From: a virus
Length of the DNA stretch: 64,000 nucleotides
Reading direction: 5' to 3' (one strand)
IMG/VR virus record: IMGVR_UViG_3300042448_000646
Span: 57,957 to 121,956 of that record
This document shows, one piece after another, positions 47,908-57,100 of this stretch; positions within the stretch are counted from its first letter, which is position 1; each line of letters starts with the position of its first letter. The position numbers and the translations under genes are program-made. The notes beneath the pieces are model-generated. The model was not told where the DNA came from. It was given only the letters and a program-made list of their open reading frames with translations, and made no database searches.

Positions 47908-48141
47908 CTATTGCCCTTTCTTTTCTAACTCATACAACCAAGACTCCTTCAACATATCCATTGACTTATGTATGTCTCTCTCTATTTTACAGACAAACAA
48001 TAACATAGCCAATGACAGAGTCAAAGGAAAACAAGTTATAAAGAATGTGTCATAATCATTGTTAACGACACATACAACCGAACACACAACTAGTGCAAAG
48101 GTTATCAACCCATACACTATACTCATTTTATAGTTTCTCAT
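47908..48141 (-). CDS. Small two-TM membrane protein
   Basis: 77 aa; stop lies in the hairpin. Confidence 0.65.
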   Translation of the reverse strand: MRNYKMSIVYGLITFALVVCSVVCVVNNDYDTFFITCFPLTLSLAMLLFVCKIERDIHKSMDMLKESWLYELEKKGQ

Positions 48142-48186
48142 AGCACCACAGGAAAGAAAAACCTACCCCGAAGGGTAGGTCTTCTA

Positions 48187-48501
48187 CTAGAACGGCAACT
48201 CATCCCACTCTTCCTCTCTCACCTCGAATGGACTTGCTGCTTCTACTACCATTGGCTCGTCCTTCACCCAACCATACTCACCCCAAGTGTAGTAGAAACT
48301 ACTGTAATCCATAGCATACTCAGGCATGTACTGGTTCTCGTCTGGATAGTACACAGGAAACTCTCTCATCATTCCCAGACGAACGATGCCTCCGTGTCCT
48401 TCCACTTGGACTTCGATTCCATCCACACCAACACACATCTCGTTCCACTCAGCTGCCATGGCTTCCGCCACAGCAACTAACTTATTTAATCTATCTATCA
48501 T
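48187..48501 (-). CDS. Acidic first gene of the array, with SSB-like tail
   Basis: 104 aa ending EEEWDELPF. Confidence 0.65.
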   Translation of the reverse strand: MIDRLNKLVAVAEAMAAEWNEMCVGVDGIEVQVEGHGGIVRLGMMREFPVYYPDENQYMPEYAMDYSSFYYTWGEYGWVKDEPMVVEAASPFEVREEEWDELPF

Positions 48502-48535
48502 AGCACAATAAGCAAGAATAACCTTCTGCTTATTG

Positions 48536-48660
48536 GCGGGGGTACCCCGACTCCCCTTCTTGAGGTGGGGGGTATCAATTATACATCCCCCACCCTCCTA
48601 TAGATATGGAAAATTTTGGGGGGGTTATAAAAATTGGGGGGGTTAAATTTTGGAAAGAAA
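48536..48660. other. G/C-run and A/T-tract strand-switch region; candidate genome terminus or packaging site
   Basis: GGGGGTACCCC, G6, two AAAATT(TT)G7 units between divergent gene blocks. Confidence 0.45.
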
Positions 48661-48688
48661 TTTTCTGGAAGAAATATATCTTTGTGTT

Positions 48689-49201
48689 ATGTATATAGGT
48701 AATGAAGTAGAGGAGAGAGCTACACTTAGGGTTTTGGTTAACTTAAAGGAGCTTATGAGTAGGGAGTGGGGTAATTGGAAAACTGACGATGTGTTAGTAG
48801 TATGTGTTAGTCCTGACTATAGTGGGGCTATAGGGATGCGGGTGTTACATGGGTTAACTAGAGATAGAGTTTTCCCTTATTATGATAGTGCTGATGTTTC
48901 TTTTCCTGATAGTAGTGAGGAGTTTATCGAGGAATGTAAGTTAGAGTTTAGAGTACTTCTAGGTATGTGGAGAACTCAGGTAAGTAAGATTGTTTTAGTT
49001 GAAGCAGGTATACTTACTGGGGGTAACTATACTTGGATGAGTAGGATGATAGAGGAGTTTGGGTTTGAGAAGCCTATTACTGTGGCACTAGTAGAGAGAG
49101 TACAGTCTAAGTTTAAGTGTGATGTAGTAGGAATGTATTGTAAGCAGATGCCTACTTTCTGGTGGGAAGAGGATAATAAGCATTGGGACGGAATCTTGTA
49201 G
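48689..49201 (+). CDS. Type I phosphoribosyltransferase-like protein
   Basis: KIVLVEAGILTGGNY PRPP-loop-like motif, terminal FWWE; ATG 48689 lies 4 nt after TATCTTTG (48677-48684). Confidence 0.6.
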   Translation: MYIGNEVEERATLRVLVNLKELMSREWGNWKTDDVLVVCVSPDYSGAIGMRVLHGLTRDRVFPYYDSADVSFPDSSEEFIEECKLEFRVLLGMWRTQVSKIVLVEAGILTGGNYTWMSRMIEEFGFEKPITVALVERVQSKFKCDVVGMYCKQMPTFWWEEDNKHWDGIL

Positions 49202-49499
49202 TATAGATTAAGTTTTCAACTGTCTATTATATTAGAATTTTATCATCGTAAAGTTTCGATAGAGGTAGAAAGAATCTTGTTCTATCGTAAAAAGGCGTGT
49301 CCCTTCGGGGTTCTCTCTTTAAGTAGATGTGAATAACTTCTTCTTTCCTTTCTCTTGGTTTTTCATCTATCTTTGGGGGACTACAGGGGGTTAATGTAAC
49401 AGTATAAATAAAGTTTAGTTATTCTCTTGGGCTCTACTAGATTACCAAGTTCCTTATTAAGGATAACTCCGTCCTAACGGAATTAGGCTTTTAAACTAG

Positions 49500-49529
49500 T
49501 TGATTTTAATTCTAGTTGTTATATATTTG
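49500..49529 (+). promoter_or_regulatory. Bacteroidota sigma70-type promoter
   Basis: TTG(49500)-N19-TATATTTG(49522-49529). Confidence 0.65.
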
Positions 49530-49542
49530 TGTATTATAAATT

Positions 49543-49896
49543 ATGCCAAATAATCCACTACTTCTTGCAGATATACAGACCTATTATCAATGGTCTGCGC
49601 AAAACGGTATCAATCCGCCTCAGTTACCTGCAGGGTATGTATTGGCTACCGATGCTACTGCTACTGGTATATTGGCTTTAAGATTATTTGATGCGGCTTA
49701 CATCACTACAGGTATTATAAACCCTAACAGATTAGGTACAGGATATACTGGGGCAGGTAATCTTTACCTAGCTGACGATGGAACCTGGAAAGCTATTGCA
49801 GTTGGAGGCGGAGGAACAACATCTAACGTATTAATAGACGGAGGCACATTTACTGCCCCAAATAATGCATTAATAGACGCAGGAGGGTTCATATAA
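49543..49896 (+). CDS. Putative virion/tail protein
   Basis: Gly-rich, YLADDGTW and IDGG motifs typical of fibre-associated proteins. Confidence 0.55.
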   Translation: MPNNPLLLADIQTYYQWSAQNGINPPQLPAGYVLATDATATGILALRLFDAAYITTGIINPNRLGTGYTGAGNLYLADDGTWKAIAVGGGGTTSNVLIDGGTFTAPNNALIDAGGFI

Positions 49897-50438
49897 TGGC
49901 TATAAAAATTAGAAGAGGTACGAATGCACAAAGAGTTCCAGTTGTTTTTGAACTGGCTGAAATTGCATTCACTACTGATACAAAAAAGTTTTACATTGGA
50001 GATGGAATTACTGCTGGTGGTATATTAATTGACGATCAGTCATTAACTTACAACTCAGCAACCAATACAATAACCACAGCAGATGGGCACACGGTTGTTA
50101 TTAGCAATATTCCCACAGTTGGTGATATTGCAAACTGGAACGATGCGTATGACAATACAATTATATCGGCCTCAATTACGGGCGATGTAACAAAGACATT
50201 AAATTTAAATCAAAGAGATGGGGGTGCTGTACTTGTATCGTATACCGATACTTACGTATTCACACAAGGTTCTCCTTCAGCATCTTGGGTAATCACACAT
50301 AGTATGAACAAGTACCCTTCTGTAACGGTTATTGATTCTAGTAACAGTACAGTTGAGGGGGAAATTATTTACAACTCATTGAGCAGTCTGACAATTAATT
50401 TCTCAGGCGGTTTTTCAGGAAAAGCATATCTTAACTAA
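49896..50438 (+). CDS. Tail protein with Mtd/hyaluronidase-like N-terminal domain
   Basis: MAIKIRRGT...EIAFTTDTKKFYIGDG; C-terminal WVITHSMNKYPSVTV. Confidence 0.6.
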   Translation: MAIKIRRGTNAQRVPVVFELAEIAFTTDTKKFYIGDGITAGGILIDDQSLTYNSATNTITTADGHTVVISNIPTVGDIANWNDAYDNTIISASITGDVTKTLNLNQRDGGAVLVSYTDTYVFTQGSPSASWVITHSMNKYPSVTVIDSSNSTVEGEIIYNSLSSLTINFSGGFSGKAYLN

Positions 50439-50449
50439 TAACAATAATA

Positions 50450-51883
50450 ATGGCAAAAAAATTCTTAGTCTCGATTGACCTCAATCAAAACGAGCTCCAA
50501 AATGCAAGGATACAAAACCTTGCTACTGCTCCTGGAACCCCAGGACAGGGTCAAGTTTACTTTAACTCTACAGTTGGAGATAAATCTATTTACTTCTATG
50601 ACGGAACATCATGGGTAGACGTAGGAGGTGATATAAGGTCACTTGTAGCAGGTAATGCTATCTCCGTAACAGGAACTCGTGATATTACCGTAAACGTCCT
50701 CTACGACAACGTTTCTATTGGATTAAACGGATCTAATCAGCTTATTGTTAAAGCAGGTGGTGTAACTAACGCAATGTTGGTTAACTCTTCTGTTTCAGTA
50801 GTAGCTGGAGCAGGTCTTGCTAACGGAGGTTCTGTTGCTCTAGGAGCTTCTATTACTCTTGACGTTGGAGCAGGTACAGGTATTACTGTAAATGCCAATG
50901 ACGTAGCTTTGGACACAGCTTCTACCCGTAACACAGACCACGCTGGTGTAACTCTTACAGCAGGTGCAGGTTTGACAGGTGGAGGAGACATTACAGCTTC
51001 TCGTACTTTTAATGTAGGCGCAGGAACTGGTATCACAGTTAACGCTGATGATATTGCTATTACAGGAGCTGGTTCTTTAACTACCAACTATGTAACTAAG
51101 TGGAACGGAACAGGATTCTCTAACACAACTATTACAGATGACGGAACTACAGTAACTATCGGGGGCAACTTAACAGTTAACGGTACTACTACTTATGTTA
51201 ACTCAAACACAGTTGAGATTGGTGATAACATTCTTCTTCTTAACAGAGACGAAGTAGGTGCTCCTTCTCAGAACGCAGGTCTTGAAGTAGAACGTGGTAC
51301 AAGTGCTAACGTTTCTTTCATCTGGAATGAGACTAGTGACTACTGGTCTACTGTAACTGAGCCTTTGCACGTAGGTTCTATTGCTGACGCTACTTCTGGT
51401 TACACAGGTAACAAATACTTGGTAGGTGACTCAGGAGTAATTAAGTATTTGACTGCTGCTGATTTAGCTACTGATGTTATTGCAGGTGTTACAATCACAG
51501 GCTCTAATGGAATTGCAGTTGCTGGTTCAGGAACAACTTCTATTACTGTAAGTGGTGTAAACGCTACTACAAGTGCTGCAGGTGTTGTAGAATTGGCTAC
51601 TAGTGCTGAAGTAAATGCTTTAAGTAGCTCTACAGTAGCAGTAACTCCTTCTGGTTTAGCTGCTTTGCGTTATGCTGCAACAGGTCCAGCAGCTCCAGCT
51701 ACTAGTATGATAGTAACTCACGGTTTAGCTTCTAACGATATCATAGTTCAAGTTTATGAACTAGCTACTGGTGAGAACGTAGAGTGTGATGTAGTACGTA
51801 CAACCAATAACGTAGTTACCTTGGGCTTCGCTATTCCACAAGCAATCAATACTTTGAGAGTATTGGTAGTGAAGATTGCTTAA
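50450..51883 (+). CDS. Tail fibre-like protein with AGxGL/AGTGIT repeats
   Basis: Tandem AGAGL..GG...VGAGTGITVNA repeats; AGLEVERG. Confidence 0.7.
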   Translation: MAKKFLVSIDLNQNELQNARIQNLATAPGTPGQGQVYFNSTVGDKSIYFYDGTSWVDVGGDIRSLVAGNAISVTGTRDITVNVLYDNVSIGLNGSNQLIVKAGGVTNAMLVNSSVSVVAGAGLANGGSVALGASITLDVGAGTGITVNANDVALDTASTRNTDHAGVTLTAGAGLTGGGDITASRTFNVGAGTGITVNADDIAITGAGSLTTNYVTKWNGTGFSNTTITDDGTTVTIGGNLTVNGTTTYVNSNTVEIGDNILLLNRDEVGAPSQNAGLEVERGTSANVSFIWNETSDYWSTVTEPLHVGSIADATSGYTGNKYLVGDSGVIKYLTAADLATDVIAGVTITGSNGIAVAGSGTTSITVSGVNATTSAAGVVELATSAEVNALSSSTVAVTPSGLAALRYAATGPAAPATSMIVTHGLASNDIIVQVYELATGENVECDVVRTTNNVVTLGFAIPQAINTLRVLVVKIA

Positions 51884-51934
51884 TTTTTATTAACCCCTTA
51901 TATTTGCTAGGGGCCTAAAAACCTCTAGCTTTTT
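51876..51934 (+). promoter_or_regulatory. Host-type promoter motif abutting a terminator-like hairpin
   Basis: TTG-N20-TATATTTG(51899-51906) then GCTAGGGG-CCTAAAAA-CCTCTAGC-TTTTTT. Confidence 0.45.
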
Positions 51935-51952
51935 TACATTACAAACAAGAAC

Positions 51953-54085
51953 ATGAAGTCACTCAGCAGTAAAACCTATCAAGGTGGTGTAAGTATACAA
52001 GGGTTAACCACTCTTTCAGGAACTGTTTATTTAACAGGAATAACTAACACAGCTAGCTGGGACCATGTTATTGTAGGAACAACTGCACAAGGTCAGATCT
52101 ACACTAGGACTTACGCTCAGTTCATGGGTGATGTAGCTACGGGAATAAGTTTAAGTAGTTATGTAACAGGTTCAGGAACAACTAATTATCTTCCTAAGTT
52201 TACAGGAGCTAGTGCTTTAGGTAACTCTCAGATTTTTGACAATGGAACCAATGTTGGTATAGGAACTTCTAATCCTGCAAAAAAATTACATGTAGTTGGA
52301 GATGCTTGGATTAACAGACCAACAAATAAAGTTGATAATAATGGTGCTACTGAATTTGGTTCAAGAGTAGAATTCAATAATGCTTTTACAGCAGGATCTA
52401 CTGGATATACAGTATTTAACTATCCTTCAGCTGCTGTATTTAGAATATATGCTGATTATGACGGTAATGTGGGTGGGGTTCAACCAGACCTTCAGTTGGG
52501 GTTAGGATACTTAACAGTTAAAAATAGTGGAGGTACTATAGGAAATATAGGAATTGGTACTACTACTCCTGCTTATAAACTACAAGTAGGAGGTGGGGAT
52601 ATTGCAATTGATTATAATAGATATTTAAGAGGTGGAAGCGGAGGCGATTGGAACTTAGTCAATTTATATAATGGGGGCACAGGTGATATAGAAATCACCA
52701 TGCTTAATGTTGGTTGGTATCTTCGTCACAATGCTAATGCAACATTTGCAGGGAACATAGGAATAGGTACTACAAATCCTTCAACAAAGTTACATGTAGT
52801 AGGTGCTTCTATAATTGCTAATAACAGTTCTATAAATCCAGATACTTATGGAAGTACAGTTATTGCTGGTGCTATAGGAACTGTTGGTGGATGGGGATTA
52901 AGTTCAGCAATTGGCGGAAATGCAGGTACTGGACACAGTTGGGCTATTGGAACTAATGGTGATAATCTATATATGGGTTATTCCAATGGTAGTTCTAGTA
53001 ACTCCATGTTGACATTTTTACAAGTAGATGATAGTACTCGTAATGTATTTTTAGTACCCTCAGCAGGTAATGTAGGGATAGGTACTGCTTCTCCTAGTTA
53101 TAAATTAGATGTAAATGGTTCATTTAATGCAGTAACATCTGGAGTATATCTAACATACAGCAGCGGTATTCTTTATCATGGTAACTACTATCAATTTACA
53201 AGCGGTAATAACTACCTACTTTTTGCTAGAGACAGCGGAGATTTAATTTTAGGTAGTAATGATACTGAACGTCTACGCATTACATCTGCAGGAAACGTAG
53301 GTATTGGTACTGCTAGTCCAAACACAAAACTTCATGTATCTGCAGGTAATTTTTTAATTAGTGGAACAGCGATAGGTGGTGGAGCAGATGCAAATAGTGG
53401 GTTAAGAATTGTAGCTCCTATTTCTACTACTCACTATAATTGGATGTTAGGGGCTCAACAAAACATTAATAGTGCTTTTGAAATTACCCCATCAACAACT
53501 GTTGGGGGAACTACATTTTCAACCCCAACCGCTGTATTTTTACAAAATGGTAATGTGGGTATAGGAACCACTAGCCCTGCTACTAAACTAGATGTAAGTG
53601 GAGTAATAACTGCTACAGGCGGAAACAGTACTAACTGGAATACTGCGTATGGCTGGGGTAATCATGCTTCAGCAAGTTATGTTCCTCAAGCAAGAACGCT
53701 TACTATTAATGGAACTAGTTATGACTTAAGCGCAAATAGAACTTGGACTATACCTACTAGTGCTAACATACAAGAGGCAGCTAATAACGGAAAAGTTACA
53801 ACTGCCGCTTCAGTAGGAACTACAGTAATAACCACAGTCGCTACAGCGACTTATGATGGGGCTACATTCAACTATGTATTAAAGGATGGAACAAACTATA
53901 GGGCAGGAACTATTATTGCCGTATGGAGCGCAGGAGCAGTTCAATTTAATGAAACAACTACAAATGATATAGGCAGTACTGTAGGAGTAACTTTTGCAGT
54001 TGCTTTAAATGCAGGTAATGCAGAACTAAGGGCAACTTCAGCTACTCCTGGTTGGACAGTAAAAGTAGTAACGATAGGAATTTAA
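51953..54085 (+). CDS. Tail fibre protein with GNVGIGT repeats
   Basis: Six xN(V/I)GIGTxxP modules; NWNTAYGWGNHAS motif. Confidence 0.75.
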   Translation: MKSLSSKTYQGGVSIQGLTTLSGTVYLTGITNTASWDHVIVGTTAQGQIYTRTYAQFMGDVATGISLSSYVTGSGTTNYLPKFTGASALGNSQIFDNGTNVGIGTSNPAKKLHVVGDAWINRPTNKVDNNGATEFGSRVEFNNAFTAGSTGYTVFNYPSAAVFRIYADYDGNVGGVQPDLQLGLGYLTVKNSGGTIGNIGIGTTTPAYKLQVGGGDIAIDYNRYLRGGSGGDWNLVNLYNGGTGDIEITMLNVGWYLRHNANATFAGNIGIGTTNPSTKLHVVGASIIANNSSINPDTYGSTVIAGAIGTVGGWGLSSAIGGNAGTGHSWAIGTNGDNLYMGYSNGSSSNSMLTFLQVDDSTRNVFLVPSAGNVGIGTASPSYKLDVNGSFNAVTSGVYLTYSSGILYHGNYYQFTSGNNYLLFARDSGDLILGSNDTERLRITSAGNVGIGTASPNTKLHVSAGNFLISGTAIGGGADANSGLRIVAPISTTHYNWMLGAQQNINSAFEITPSTTVGGTTFSTPTAVFLQNGNVGIGTTSPATKLDVSGVITATGGNSTNWNTAYGWGNHASASYVPQARTLTINGTSYDLSANRTWTIPTSANIQEAANNGKVTTAASVGTTVITTVATATYDGATFNYVLKDGTNYRAGTIIAVWSAGAVQFNETTTNDIGSTVGVTFAVALNAGNAELRATSATPGWTVKVVTIGI

Positions 54086-54128
54086 ATATTACAAATTAAA
54101 CATTGTTGGATAGTGAAAACAATATAAA

Positions 54129-57100
54129 ATGGCTTCAGAATTTAAAATAAAAAACGGACTTATAGTAGTAGGCGATGTCTCAACATCTGGAACTATTACT
54201 ATTAATGGAGCTCTTGCAGCTACACAATCTTGGGTTACATCTCAAGCTTATCTAACTTCTTCTAGTTTAACTAGTTATGCTACACAGTCTTATGTGACTA
54301 GTGCCATAGCTTCTCTAGTAGACTCAGCTCCTGGTACGCTAGATACGCTTAGAGAACTAGCAACAGCTTTAGGCAATGATGCTAGCTTCTCAACAACAAT
54401 AACAAACAGTATATCTTCTAAACAGTCACAGCTTAATGGAACTGGCTTAGTAAGAATGTCAGGAACAAGTGTAAGTTATGACAACACTACTTACTTAATT
54501 TCTAACTTTGGAAATATAGAAGGAGATCATACTTATGGATATCCTTCAAGTAATGGTTGGTATAAGATTGCAGAAGTAGTCTTTAATGGTGCATGTCAAT
54601 CTTACAATCTTTGGGGAGAATATAGAGACACAGGTTATTTTGATAACTCTCACTATAGGATTCATATTACTGCAAGAGCAGAATGTGACTTTCCAACTAA
54701 CAATGAAAGTCATGCTATTAATGTAAACATATATGGAAGTAGTACTAATGAAACTTACTTTAGTAATAATGTAAGAGTTGTTCTTACTTCATCTTCTTCT
54801 AATTACAGAAAATATGAACTACAATACTACAGAGAAACTTGGGATACAGGTAGTTGGAACTTACAAAATATAGGTTGGACTACATATACAACTTCTCAAA
54901 CTGCAGGAACTCCTACAGGAACTGCTAGAGTTTACTATATTTCTAAGTTTAGTACAGACAATATTTTTGTTGCTAATAAGATTTCTATAGGAACAACTTA
55001 TGCTGGATTTGCGGCTAACATTGCAGGAACAACTTATATTATTGGTGGAGATTTATTTTTATCTGATGGATATACAGTTAGAAATGCTTCAAATAATTCA
55101 AGTATAGCATTTAATACTTCTGCATTATCGTTTACAGGAGCAGCTACATTTAGTAGTACAATATCATCGGGAGGAAATATAAATGTAGGAGGTCAACTTA
55201 CGTTCACACCAAATGAAGCAAGGATAATATCTGGTAGTAGTACTTTTGCTATAAATAATAATGCCAATAACACAAACCTATTACTTATTAATAACTCCAC
55301 GGGGAATGTAGGTATTGGGACTAGTAGTCCAGGATATAAGTTAGATGTACAAGGTAGTGCGGGTAATATAACAATAAATACCAATGGATTATTGTCTGCT
55401 GGAGGACAAATAATTTCTGGAACAGGAGAATTTGCATCTAGCAGTTCAGGAACAGATTTGAATTTTAGAGCAGGTGCAACGCATCTTATGGTTCTAAAAA
55501 CTTCTGGTAATGTAGGAATTGGCACAACAACACCTCAAAAGAAACTTGATGTTTTTGGAAGTGCTGGAATTGTTGCTTCTTTTGGAGCTAGCATTAGCCC
55601 AGGAGAATTTGCAGGATTACACTTTGGATATAGTGAGTCTTACATAAATAACGATAGTTATAAAAAGTCTGCTTTAGTATTTGAAAGAACAGATAACAAT
55701 AACCAAGGAGGAAATGCTTCTGGTAAAATTCATTTTTTACTGAATAACTATGGATCTAGTTCTGCTACTTCTTTAACTCAGTCTGTAGTAACAATTGACT
55801 CAGATGCAAGCGCAACTGTAGGTTCTGTAAGAATGGGTATAGGTACTAGAAACCCAATATTTAACTTACAAGTAGGTGAAAACGCAGGTACTATTGCAAC
55901 AACAACTATAAGACTACAGAATAGTTATTTAGATAATGGAAATTATGGATTTAATATTGACGCAGTAGATAACGGAGTTAATGGACATGATTTAAGATTT
56001 TTTGGAAGAACTTCTCCTACTTCCTCATTTTCAGAACTTGTTAGAATTAAAAATAGTGGTAATGTAGGAATTGGTACAAATAGTCCAACCGAAAAAATAG
56101 ATGTTGATGGCAATATAAGGATCCGTGGAAATAGAGGAGTTTATTTTGATACAACTGGAGCTGTAGCATCAAACTACATAACGGTAACAAATGATTATTG
56201 GACTACTATACACTGCGCTAGAGGAAATACATCTACAATTAATCTTACAAATGGAAACGGTATAACTTTCTTTGAGAGTTCTATTGAGAGAATGCGTATT
56301 GCAGCAGGCGGAAATGTAGGAATAGGTACTACATCACCTGCAAATAAATTAGTAGTTACTAGTGATGCTAGCCCAACTAATGAAAATACTTATGCTATTG
56401 CTGCTGCTTCGGCCTCAGATCCTGCATACAAAACAATAATTGGTTACGATTATACTAATGATATTGGATTAATAGCGGCTGTAAGAACAGGTATTGGTTG
56501 GAGAAATTTATCTATTCCTCAAGGTAGTCTAGGTATAGGTACATATAGTCCTTCTTATAAATTAGATGTAAATGGAGAAACAAGACTAGGAAAACTAATT
56601 ACTACTTGGAGTAATAGTCCCATAAGTCCATCAGCTGTGATGTATTCAGAGTCTGGATATAATACGGTATTTGCTGGAAATGGTCAATTTAGCACATCTT
56701 ACTTGGCGCTAATGACCACTGGTAATATGTCATATATGGGGGGCAATATAGGAATAGGTACTGTTACTCCTGCTACTAGTCTAGAAGTTCAGGGTGCAGC
56801 AAGTACTCAAATACAAGCAATATTCCAATCTGCCTCTAGTGGAAATGCCGCTTATAATGGAGGTATTCAACTAGGTAATGCAGCATCAAATCAAAAGTCT
56901 ACTATTGTACATGATTCTTCTGGAGACAATACATTAACCTTTACTTCTCATTACTCATCAGGTTCAGCAAACAAATTTATATTTGCTCCTGGTGGAACAG
57001 AAAGAGTAAGATTTCAACAGAATGGAAATGTGGGTATTGGTACTACAGATCCAACATCTCAAATGTCTGGTACATTTGGTATAGGAATATATAATGCTTC

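Larger units (their letters stand above)
43095..48535 (-). repeat. Array of hairpin + TTWTTC-TT-N9-purine elements (candidate fused terminator-promoters)
   Basis: Invariant C (G on + strand) at 48516, 48156, 47897, 47658, 47370, 47229, 47077, 46838, 46652, 46521, 46134, 45751, 45367, 45104, 43963, 43107; C-to-G variant at 44461. Confidence 0.85.

Noticed and set aside
44460-48180. N4-type DNA hairpin promoters (template-strand C-GAA-G loops)
   Set aside because: Perfect stems give 4-nt loops that read cUUCGg/cUACGg/cUAACg in RNA, and they lie upstream of the T-tract rather than near +1; this fits RNA terminators better, and one motif copy lacks a hairpin
44460-48535. CRISPR array or integron attC cassette array
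   Set aside because: Hairpin sequences differ between units, spacing varies from about 130 to over 600 nt, most units are genes, and no cas or integrase gene was seen in the window
49202-49499. Non-coding gap with GGGGGACTACAGGGGG and small hairpins
   Set aside because: No repeat series or convincing fold; no function could be supported
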